Sequence record: SRR31147125_4898
Reading direction: 5' to 3' (one strand)
Length of the DNA: 33,363 bases
Part shown: positions 8,423-16,903 of the stretch, one piece after another
How the letters are laid out: each line of letters begins with the position of its first letter
Numbering within the stretch: position 1 is the first letter of the stretch
Program-made: the position numbers and the translations under genes
Notes under the pieces: generated by a model
What the model was told of the DNA's origin: nothing
Seen by the model: the letters and a program-made list of their open reading frames with translations, nothing else
The model's database searches: none

Positions 8423-10942
8423 ATGGATGAAATCGTTAAACAACTATTGCAGTTGACTCTGTTTTCATCAGCTGTAATGATTGCAGTGCTTTTACTTCGA
8501 AGGCTTTTTGAAAATAAGCTTTATCCAAAGGTTTTATCAATGCTTTGGGTTATCGTGCTTGTTAGATTATTTATTCCAATCACTATTACATCACCAATCC
8601 ATTTTAATGAGCTGATACAAAGAGAAGCGATTATAGAAAAAGAACAGCTGACGGCAGTTTTTAACCAGCAACAGAGTATCCCTTTAGCAAATACCGATAC
8701 TATTGCAATAGAAAATAGCGATATCACGGATATCCAAACGGATAAACCAAATAATATCGCCATAAATCAAACACAAGATAATTCTATAGCAAAACAAAGC
8801 GGTTTTCAAGTTTTTGTAGCAAAGATAAAGGATAAGCTCACTGGTTTTACTGCTTTAGCATTTATCTGGATAGTTGGCATGATAGTATCGGCTGTTATTA
8901 ATAGCATAAAGATGATTAGCTTTAAAAGAAGGCTTGATGGTGCAAGGATGATTTATGATAAACCAGCTTATAGAACTATGATAAGTGCAAAGAAGTCGAT
9001 TAACCTAAAGCAAAGGGTGTTTATTTATGAATCTAACTTTATCGAAACACCTGTAACGATGGGTGTGTTACGACCAAAGATAATTCTGCCTGCTGGTTTT
9101 GCTGAATCGTTTGAAATGCCAAAGCTTGGACTTATTTTGCTTCATGAATTATGCCATATTAAACGAAAAGACATAGTGAAAAACTACTTGTGGCTAATTG
9201 CTAGTATTGTTTATTGGTTCAACCCAATTATTTATATTGCATACAAAGCTTATACAGATGATATTGAGTATATTACTGATGAGATGGTGCTGAAAAACAC
9301 AAGCAAAGATCAGAGAATTGCATATTCTCAATCGTTAATCGATGCAATTAAGCTAGCTAAGCTAAACCAAACCCAAAGCAAAATCGCTCTTTCTTTCTGT
9401 ACATCAAAGACCAAACTTAGAAAGAGAGTTGAAAATATGATAAGACCAAATGAAAAACGAAAAGCAGCAACGATTATTTCTATGATAATATGTGTTGTTT
9501 TGATGGTTACATGTTTTACTACGGCTTGTATGAAAAATGAAGAAGGTATGCAAGAGGATGCCGAATCAAAAGAAAAAATAAAAGTAAAAGCAATTGATGA
9601 AGTTATAACTTCGGAGAAATATGTATTAAATATTAAAGCTGATATTGAGGATTATAGCGATAGTGATTTTAATATTTACAATGCAACTGTACTGCAATTT
9701 GACATGCACAGTTGGTTTGAATACTTTTTTAGTGGTAAGAATAAAGAAAACTTAAGGCACTATTTTGATTCTTTTGATACAGCAAGTTTAGAAAATATGG
9801 GCATTGAAGATGATTATCGTGATACGACATTTGGTTATTTTTCTGGAAATGGAAAGGATATGTATTATGCTGCATATGACCCTACGGAGGCAATGTTTCT
9901 TTATGAAGAACCGATGCTTAACTCAGGATTAGGCGAGTACTATTTATCACCTATTGACTACGCAATTGATTCTGAAGCTGTAGACAAAGCGAATGAATTA
10001 ATAAGCTTTATATCAAATGATTCTTTTATGATGACCGAGAGCTACAAAATAGAGAATACAGATAAATCAAGCGAAGTATATGAGTTGGTCTATCAACTCC
10101 AAATTGACGATTTTGATGTGTTGTATGATGTCCCTGTTGTTGACATTGCGGATAATATAAATTTGTATACGACTGTAGAAATAGATAGGATTAAAGTTAG
10201 AATTGTTGATGGGAAAATTGCCTACGCAAGTGGATTTATTCGCTCGATAGAAAAAGAAAGCTTTCATAAAGCCATTTCGGCTGATGATGTTATTGATATT
10301 ATCAAAGATAACATGGATGATATTGATGCCTTTTCTCCTAGTGGACAAGTTGATGGTTATCAAATTGAGTTTGATATCAACTCTATTATACTTAAATATT
10401 ATCCAGTTACATCAAATCTAACTAATAAAGAAACAAGTAATGTCAATGTACAATACATACCCGTTTATGTTGTTGCATCTGGTTCAAGAGTAAACACATA
10501 TCTTGAATATGTAATGATAATAAATGCGATTAATGGGGAAGTTTTGAATAAACATGAGATGGGTCTTAATAACCCTGTACCAGACTATCCTCCAATTGTT
10601 AAGGGACAAAGCAATGGGTATAATATGATTGCCGAACTGACAGGCGATTTTATTGATATGGATATAAAGTATATTAATAAAGAAACGCAAGAAGAATATA
10701 CATTTAAAACTAATAATGAGTTTTGTCAAATGCTTGATGGAGAAAACTGGGAGGCAGTTGGCAAACAGCTTTTGTCCGATCAGTCAACGGTTTTTTCTGA
10801 ATGGATTGAAATTATGGGCTGTAAAATTGTAAGCGCTGATGAAGAGCTGTTATTTTACTATAAGGATAAGATGTACACGATAAAAGCTGATAGCAATATT
10901 TTTGATATGATGAAAAATATGATTAAGGGTTCAGGTGATTAG
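8423..10942 (+). CDS. BlaR1-like M56 metalloprotease fused to divergent DUF6034-like extracellular domain
   Basis: Transmembrane segments, RPKIILP, HELCH, WFNP, KLRKRV, internal CFTTAC, IPVYVV...IINAINGEV. Confidence 0.88.
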   Translation: MDEIVKQLLQLTLFSSAVMIAVLLLRRLFENKLYPKVLSMLWVIVLVRLFIPITITSPIHFNELIQREAIIEKEQLTAVFNQQQSIPLANTDTIAIENSDITDIQTDKPNNIAINQTQDNSIAKQSGFQVFVAKIKDKLTGFTALAFIWIVGMIVSAVINSIKMISFKRRLDGARMIYDKPAYRTMISAKKSINLKQRVFIYESNFIETPVTMGVLRPKIILPAGFAESFEMPKLGLILLHELCHIKRKDIVKNYLWLIASIVYWFNPIIYIAYKAYTDDIEYITDEMVLKNTSKDQRIAYSQSLIDAIKLAKLNQTQSKIALSFCTSKTKLRKRVENMIRPNEKRKAATIISMIICVVLMVTCFTTACMKNEEGMQEDAESKEKIKVKAIDEVITSEKYVLNIKADIEDYSDSDFNIYNATVLQFDMHSWFEYFFSGKNKENLRHYFDSFDTASLENMGIEDDYRDTTFGYFSGNGKDMYYAAYDPTEAMFLYEEPMLNSGLGEYYLSPIDYAIDSEAVDKANELISFISNDSFMMTESYKIENTDKSSEVYELVYQLQIDDFDVLYDVPVVDIADNINLYTTVEIDRIKVRIVDGKIAYASGFIRSIEKESFHKAISADDVIDIIKDNMDDIDAFSPSGQVDGYQIEFDINSIILKYYPVTSNLTNKETSNVNVQYIPVYVVASGSRVNTYLEYVMIINAINGEVLNKHEMGLNNPVPDYPPIVKGQSNGYNMIAELTGDFIDMDIKYINKETQEEYTFKTNNEFCQMLDGENWEAVGKQLLSDQSTVFSEWIEIMGCKIVSADEELLFYYKDKMYTIKADSNIFDMMKNMIKGSGD

Positions 10943-11099
10943 GAAAAGAGAAACTCGATAGAGAAATTGTTGAAATGAACCCAATAGAATACTATGTAAG
11001 TTTTGAATATGGCAATGAGATATTCACCTCGGGTATATTGATAGATACAGGAGAACTTGATAGTAGACAACGTAGTGCAAAGCAATAGTATGAATTAAC

Positions 11100-11139
11100 A
11101 AGGAGGTTATCTTTTATTACTATAAGATAACTTCTTTTT
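11100..11139 (+). terminator. Intrinsic terminator
   Basis: AAGGAGGTTATCTT / AAGATAACTTCTTT stem with T tail. Confidence 0.6.
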
Positions 11140-11245
11140 AATTTATATACTTATAAATAAATGATGAACTATTATGCAATCATTTGTATGCATATATAGA
11201 TTATGGTAGCATAATGTGTAGAATAATTGTTGGGAGACAGTAATT

Positions 11246-11974
11246 ATGCATATAGCAATTTGTGATGATGATTTTATTGTATGTTCACAGGTGAAAGGTT
11301 TCTTAAAAGCACTATCTGTGAATCGAAATATTAAAATGTCGATGACAGTATTTAATACTGGAGAGAAATTTTATAAGTCTATTGAGAGTGGTCTAAAATA
11401 CGACATAGTTTTTTTAGATATTGAGCTTGGAGACTTAATGGGTACTACTATTGCTTGTAATGTTAGGAATCATTTGAAAGATCCATTCACTAAAATCATT
11501 TTTATTTCAAGTTCAAATGATTATGGACCAGAAGTTGTAGATTCTTCGCCAATTAAGTATCTTATTAAGCCTTTAAACTACGATATGATAGAAGATGCAT
11601 ATTTAGTTGCTAAAAAGTCAATTGATGAAGATAGAAAAGAGTTTATATACAAAGAAGGTAAATCGAAAAAAAGCGTTCCTTTAAAGAGTATTCTTTATTT
11701 TGAAGCATTTGATAAAAAAGTCAGAATAGTAACTACAAAGGGTGATGTTTTTTTCTACGGAAAAATATCTGAAATTGTAAAGCAGGATATTACTGGTTTT
11801 ATTTTCACCCACAGATCATATGTTATTAATTATTTTTACCTTAAAGATTATGCGGCTAATGAAGTTGTAATGAAAAATAACGATAAGTTACCAATATCGA
11901 TAGCTAGAAGAGACCAAGTGGAAGACATAATGATGAAATATTACGAAAGGTATGCAACCTCTAGTCAAATCTAG
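11246..11974 (+). CDS. LytTR family (AgrA-like) response regulator
   Basis: IAICDDD, FLDIEL, FISS, YLIKP receiver motifs; THRSYVIN LytTR motif. Confidence 0.92.
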   Translation: MHIAICDDDFIVCSQVKGFLKALSVNRNIKMSMTVFNTGEKFYKSIESGLKYDIVFLDIELGDLMGTTIACNVRNHLKDPFTKIIFISSSNDYGPEVVDSSPIKYLIKPLNYDMIEDAYLVAKKSIDEDRKEFIYKEGKSKKSVPLKSILYFEAFDKKVRIVTTKGDVFFYGKISEIVKQDITGFIFTHRSYVINYFYLKDYAANEVVMKNNDKLPISIARRDQVEDIMMKYYERYATSSQI

Positions 11975-11994
11975 TTTGCATAAACTTTAACTAT

Positions 11995-13290
11995 ATGAAT
12001 GATATTGTATTTACTATTTTATTTTTGCTAATAAGCCTATTTGGAACATATACACTATCTAAAGTGTTTCAGATTTTCTTTAAAAGACCGATTAGAAGAT
12101 TGCGTTATGTATATAGTGCATATGCCTTGTATTTTATTATCAATAGTACTTGTTATTTGCTATTTCATAATGTTTATATCACAATGACTACGAATCTTGT
12201 ACTATATTTTATAATTTCATTAAATTATAGAGCACCATTTTTGAAAAAGGTTCTATTTATTGTTTTAATATATATAGGCTTGATTATATTAGAGGTATTA
12301 ACAATCGTCATATTTAATCTTTTTGGTATAAATCCGCTGTTGGAAAACACCAATATTTTATCTTTATGGATAACGCTTTTTGTAAATGTCACAGCACTTA
12401 TTGTATCATCAATAATCTTAAGAAATAATCTATTCAATAATAATTCTCGTGTATCATTTAGAAGTTCATTTCCGATTTTTGTTTTATCAATGTTGATATT
12501 GATATTAGCGGTTGTTTTACCTCCGCTTAGTTATAAGAGTGATAAGTACATAACCGTTTCAATCTTAACGCTTTGTTCTATTTCGGTTTTTATGTATATT
12601 TTTATTGATAATATTGCGAGAATTTCTGATGAAAAATCAAAGAAGGAAATTTTTTCGAGTCAAGTTGACTATTATAAAATGCAAATTGAGCTTATGAATC
12701 GCCAGCAAAACAATATAAGGACTATTAGACATAATATAAATGGTCAGATAGAAACTATATATACTTTAATCGATGATAATGAAATAGAATCTGCGAAAGA
12801 GTTCATAGGTGGGCTCATTGACCTTGTTAAAATCAGCGAGAAGAAAGTTTCTACAAATATCCCAGAACTAGACAGTCTGTTGAATTATAAGATGAATTAT
12901 GCTGATAAAATGGGGATTAATTTGTCGGTAACTACTAGAATAGAAGAAGATATAAGAATCAAACCTCATGATTATGTGAGTGTATTGGATAACTTGATAA
13001 ATAATGCAGTAGATGCTGTTAAAGATTTAGAGCATGATAAACGAGCAGTTCAACTTGTTTTTGCTGCATTTAAAGGTAGGGTTTTTATCAAAATCGAGAA
13101 TGCTTATGAACATGAAATACAAGTAACTAATGATGTGTTTGAAACATCTAAAAATGATAGTGATAAGCACGGCTATGGAATAGAATACATTAAGAGCATA
13201 GTGGATAAATATAATGGAAAAATCGATATAGATTATTCTGATAAGTTTACAGTTAAGATGTCTATGCAAAATTCTAACGACATTAATTAA
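11995..13290 (+). CDS. AgrC/VirS-like membrane GHKL histidine kinase
   Basis: About 6-7 N-terminal TM helices; IRHN H-box, LDNLINNAVDA N-box, TSK...HGYGI G-box. Confidence 0.88.
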   Translation: MNDIVFTILFLLISLFGTYTLSKVFQIFFKRPIRRLRYVYSAYALYFIINSTCYLLFHNVYITMTTNLVLYFIISLNYRAPFLKKVLFIVLIYIGLIILEVLTIVIFNLFGINPLLENTNILSLWITLFVNVTALIVSSIILRNNLFNNNSRVSFRSSFPIFVLSMLILILAVVLPPLSYKSDKYITVSILTLCSISVFMYIFIDNIARISDEKSKKEIFSSQVDYYKMQIELMNRQQNNIRTIRHNINGQIETIYTLIDDNEIESAKEFIGGLIDLVKISEKKVSTNIPELDSLLNYKMNYADKMGINLSVTTRIEEDIRIKPHDYVSVLDNLINNAVDAVKDLEHDKRAVQLVFAAFKGRVFIKIENAYEHEIQVTNDVFETSKNDSDKHGYGIEYIKSIVDKYNGKIDIDYSDKFTVKMSMQNSNDIN

Positions 13291-13305
13291 GAAATATTAT
13301 ACATA

Positions 13306-13425
13306 TCACGGCTTCAACATGCATCCTCCTGCAACCCCGATTTTCACTTTTCACGGCGAAGAAGTGGGGTTTTCGCGAAATTATACTGATTTATACAATT
13401 AAATAGGGTACAATCCGATTATAAT
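13306..13425 (+). promoter_or_regulatory. Candidate LytTR-dependent promoter
   Basis: TTTTCACG 13348 and TTTTCGCG 13370 spaced 22 bp, extra TCACGGC at 13306; TACAAT 13409 and TATAAT 13420 with no consensus -35. Confidence 0.4.
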
Positions 13426-13444
13426 TTGATTTTTGGAGGGTGCT

Positions 13445-13572
13445 ATGAAAAAGTTTTATTACAAAATACTTGTAAGTATATTTAGTTTCGTAATAATGCT
13501 TGCTTCTTTAAAAATTAGCATTCCTAGTTGGTTTGGTTCGAACCGAAAAAACACCTGAAAATCAAAGGATGA
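13445..13572 (+). CDS. agrD: AgrD-like cyclic lactone autoinducer precursor (37 aa as read to 13558; 42 aa if one T is restored)
   Basis: GGAGG RBS 13435-13439; amphipathic leader MKKFYYKILVSIFSFVIMLASLKISIP then SWF; the -1 frame continues FEPKKHLKIKG*; position directly after LytTR/GHKL pair. Confidence 0.65.
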
Positions 13573-13604
13573 TATGGTTGATTGCCCTTCAACCATATCA
13601 TTTT
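13569..13604 (+). terminator. Intrinsic terminator/attenuating hairpin after agrD-like gene
   Basis: Perfect 13-bp stem ATGATATGGTTGA/TCAACCATATCAT, 7-nt loop, T run. Confidence 0.7.
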
Positions 13605-13644
13605 ATATAAGTATTTAGGACTTATAAAAAAAGGAGTATAAAAA

Positions 13645-14469
13645 ATGTTTAAACAAAAGAGAAACATCAACATAGCGAGTGTTATATGTATAGTAGTAAT
13701 TTTAATTGTAACTATTACAGAAACAATAACAGCCTGCAGACCACCGGTAGATGAAACATATGTTTCAACTGAATCTGAAGGACCAATGGTTTTGCAAGTA
13801 GAAACAGATATTTTTAATCCAAAAGACAATAAACTAAAAGAAATTAATCAAACTGATGATATTGTCATTGAAAAGGACTCCATAACTATTAAACGCGACT
13901 ATGAAATCATTATGCCGACAGACGATGAAATAAAGCTAATTGAAGTTTTTCCCAAGCACTTTACTTTGGATCAGATGTATAAAATGGTTGAACTAGTTAA
14001 CCCAAACAAACCGCTATATGATTTTTTTGATCACTCTGAATTTGATGTGACCTGGTCAGTGTTTGAGGATGATAATGATAAGCTTATTTCACTTTTATCT
14101 CCAACTGACGATGGCAGAGAAATTTTATTCGACATCAATCAAAGTGAAGATGGAATGGATCAACTGAGTTTTCAATATACAAATGATATGAGTATTCCTG
14201 CTTACAGTGAATATGAAGGACAAGATATTGAGGGCATGGAAAAATCATATGTTGAATGTTTGGATATTGCCAAAGAATTTATAGCAGAGTTGGATGGCGA
14301 AGATAGCTTTCGATATATCCTTACACCAATGTGGGAATTTGATTGCGAGGTTAAATACAGTGATTTTTTTACGGATGATTATTTTAATACTCATGGTATC
14401 TATTATTATACTCATGGTAACTATAGGTTCTTAACGATCAACGCTTTGGATGGTTCGATTGTTAACTAA
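13645..14469 (+). CDS. Short, internally deleted DUF6034-like lipoprotein (274 aa)
   Basis: AAGGAG RBS; lipobox ITAC (Cys31); TPMWEF...LTINALDGSIVN. Confidence 0.65.
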   Translation: MFKQKRNINIASVICIVVILIVTITETITACRPPVDETYVSTESEGPMVLQVETDIFNPKDNKLKEINQTDDIVIEKDSITIKRDYEIIMPTDDEIKLIEVFPKHFTLDQMYKMVELVNPNKPLYDFFDHSEFDVTWSVFEDDNDKLISLLSPTDDGREILFDINQSEDGMDQLSFQYTNDMSIPAYSEYEGQDIEGMEKSYVECLDIAKEFIAELDGEDSFRYILTPMWEFDCEVKYSDFFTDDYFNTHGIYYYTHGNYRFLTINALDGSIVN

Positions 14470-14515
14470 ATATAATTAGTAATTGAAAACCTATATGGAA
14501 AGAGAGTTTTAAAAC

Positions 14516-15967
14516 ATGTTTATAACGGATGAAAAATCAAAATTGATTTGTGCAACAAGTGCATTATTAATAACTATTGCTATGGTTGGCTGTTTTGCGA
14601 CAGCATGTTTTTCGTTAGACAAGGAAACAGTACATACCATATTAGAAACCAAGCAGGTTGGAAATGATGAATTAAGCATAGAAGATAAACAAATTTATGA
14701 AAATAATAAAAAAGATTTAAGAAAACAAATATTAATGATTGACAGTCATCAGGACGAATTGATTGATACTGTTAATGAAGGAGTTAAGATTAAAATAGAT
14801 GCAGATATATTGATACCGGAGCAAGAGCATATACCAATTGCTAGAATACGGCCTGAAAATTTTTCAAATGATCAATTTATAAAATTTTCGAACACTCTAT
14901 CAAATGGAAATCAGCTCTACTTTTCAGATGGTAATCAATACTCAAAAGAAGAGATAGAGAATGTTATAAACTCACTTAAGACATATCAATCTGCTCCAAA
15001 TTTACCTTATTATATAGAAAATGAAATTAATAGACGAATAGAATGGTTTGAGAAAAAATATAAAGGCGCAGTTAACAAGTCTGACGAGAAAAAGTTTGAA
15101 GGCGATTTGCAAAGTGTAGTGAGAGATTATAGATATACTCTTAAAGCGTATATGGGTCATGATATTGCTGCGAAATTTCAAATGGATTATAAAAAAAATA
15201 AAACGGAAACCATGTTGCTTTTTAGAAATCATAATTATTCTGAAGCTTACAATTATTTTGATGATTACGTAGGAGTTGATGCTGAAAGAATGAGTACTTC
15301 TTATGACGAAGCTAAAGAAACTGCATTGGATGCAGTAAGACTCATAGATGGACAAGAAAGTAATTTTATAATTTATGATTCTTCAATCGCATACGAAATT
15401 GAGTCCGAACGAAACCTATCAAAGGATGAATCTCCACAAGGTTATAAGTTTAAACTTGCACGAAATTACAACGGAGTAGATTGTAAATTAGTACCTAATT
15501 TAGGTGTGTATTATAATGTAAACTATGAAGCTCAAGTTTTACCTGAAAGGATTGAAATAATTGTTGATGATAGCGGAATACAATCTTTTGTATGGCTGGG
15601 GTATACACAGTATGTGGAAACGATTGCGGATGATGTTTTGTTGAAGGATTTTACAGATATATGGGCGTTATTTGAAGATGATTGTAGAAAAAAATTCAAT
15701 TGGAAACCAACATTGCCATCTTTTCCTGACGATGTTAATGTACTTGTGCATGTTAAAAGCGTTGAAATGAATCTCATGCCAGTAGCCGAAAATGAAACTT
15801 TAGAAACATATAAAGTGATTCCAGTATGGGATTTTATTGCTGATATTGAATATTCCGATAAAGTATATGACGATGATGGTTTTGCATCTGTTATCCCAAC
15901 TGGTGAAAGCATTCTGACGATTAGTGCGATTGATGGAACTATAATGAATAGAGAGCAAGGGTATTAG
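14516..15967 (+). CDS. DUF6034-like lipoprotein (483 aa)
   Basis: CFATAC lipobox (Cys31); GIQSFVW, IPVWDF, LTISAIDGTIMNREQGY. Confidence 0.78.
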   Translation: MFITDEKSKLICATSALLITIAMVGCFATACFSLDKETVHTILETKQVGNDELSIEDKQIYENNKKDLRKQILMIDSHQDELIDTVNEGVKIKIDADILIPEQEHIPIARIRPENFSNDQFIKFSNTLSNGNQLYFSDGNQYSKEEIENVINSLKTYQSAPNLPYYIENEINRRIEWFEKKYKGAVNKSDEKKFEGDLQSVVRDYRYTLKAYMGHDIAAKFQMDYKKNKTETMLLFRNHNYSEAYNYFDDYVGVDAERMSTSYDEAKETALDAVRLIDGQESNFIIYDSSIAYEIESERNLSKDESPQGYKFKLARNYNGVDCKLVPNLGVYYNVNYEAQVLPERIEIIVDDSGIQSFVWLGYTQYVETIADDVLLKDFTDIWALFEDDCRKKFNWKPTLPSFPDDVNVLVHVKSVEMNLMPVAENETLETYKVIPVWDFIADIEYSDKVYDDDGFASVIPTGESILTISAIDGTIMNREQGY

Positions 15968-16086
15968 GATAATGCAAAAAATATGGTTAGTGCTTAACTG
16001 CACAAGCTTTTTTATTTCTCGATTATAAACAGAAACAAATATAAAGACAATTATGGATCGAAAAGCATAGTATTGATTTTATAGTA

Positions 16087-16137
16087 TTGACTTTAATCAA
16101 AGATATGATATAAGATAAGTTGTAATGTTATAACATA
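16087..16137 (+). promoter_or_regulatory. Promoter and GntR/HutC-type operator
   Basis: TTGACT 16087; palindrome ATGTTATAACAT 16125-16136 resembling HutC-subfamily GT...TA...AC sites. Confidence 0.5.
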
Positions 16138-16148
16138 TCGGAGAGAAT

Positions 16149-16892
16149 ATGGCTTTTAAAAACTATAGTATTGACAAAAGCACACCAATACCAATGTATT
16201 TTCAGTTAAAGAATATAGTTCTCGATGAGATAAAGAATGAAAACTTATTGGAAGGTGACGTATTACCAACAGAAATAGAACTTGGGGATATGTTTGGTTT
16301 GAGTCGTACAACAACGCGTCAAGCGATAATCGAGCTTGTTAATGAGGGCTATTTGTACCGCATTAAAGGCAAAGGCACTTTTGTTGCTAAGCCAAAATTA
16401 GTTCAGGATTTTATGAGGAAAATTGAATCTTATGACGATCAAATGCAGCGACTAAACTTGAAACCAAAAACCGAGGTTATCAAAAAAGAAGTGATAAATG
16501 CTGATGAAAAAACGGCAAAAGCTTTGAATATAGATATAGGAAGTAATGTTGTACTCTTGAAACGACTTCGATATGCAGATGATGAACCAATTGTTGTGTT
16601 AGATACTTATTTAACTATGGACTGTAATAAAATCATGGATATGGATATGGAAAAGAATGGGATGTATGATATTTTATCCAAAGACAGCAAAACTAAGATT
16701 GAACGGGTAATTAGACAGTTTGAAGCCATTGCGGCTAGGGCTTTTGAAAGTGAGTATTTAGCGATAGATCAAGGGCACCCAATTCAATATGTGACGACGA
16801 TTGGATTTAATATGGACGGTAAGCCGATTGAATATTCGAAAGCCAGTTATCGAGGCGATAAAAATAAGTTTGTTGTTGAATTGCATTCCTGA
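16149..16892 (+). CDS. GntR family (HutC/UTRA) transcriptional regulator
   Basis: LPTEIEL...LSRTTTRQA...GKGTFV wHTH and C-terminal UTRA domain (PIEYS...YRGD). Confidence 0.93.
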   Translation: MAFKNYSIDKSTPIPMYFQLKNIVLDEIKNENLLEGDVLPTEIELGDMFGLSRTTTRQAIIELVNEGYLYRIKGKGTFVAKPKLVQDFMRKIESYDDQMQRLNLKPKTEVIKKEVINADEKTAKALNIDIGSNVVLLKRLRYADDEPIVVLDTYLTMDCNKIMDMDMEKNGMYDILSKDSKTKIERVIRQFEAIAARAFESEYLAIDQGHPIQYVTTIGFNMDGKPIEYSKASYRGDKNKFVVELHS

Positions 16893-16903
16893 TAAATAAT
16901 TTG

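Noticed and set aside
3866-10942. Calling these blaI/blaR1 beta-lactam resistance genes
   Set aside because: No recognisable penicillin-binding sensor domain, beta-lactamase or mecA; only family-level similarity
1-15967. Diversity-generating retroelement, integron or shufflon as the diversifier of the array
   Set aside because: No reverse transcriptase, integrase or recombinase gene, no template/variable repeat pair and no repeated att-like sites were seen in the window
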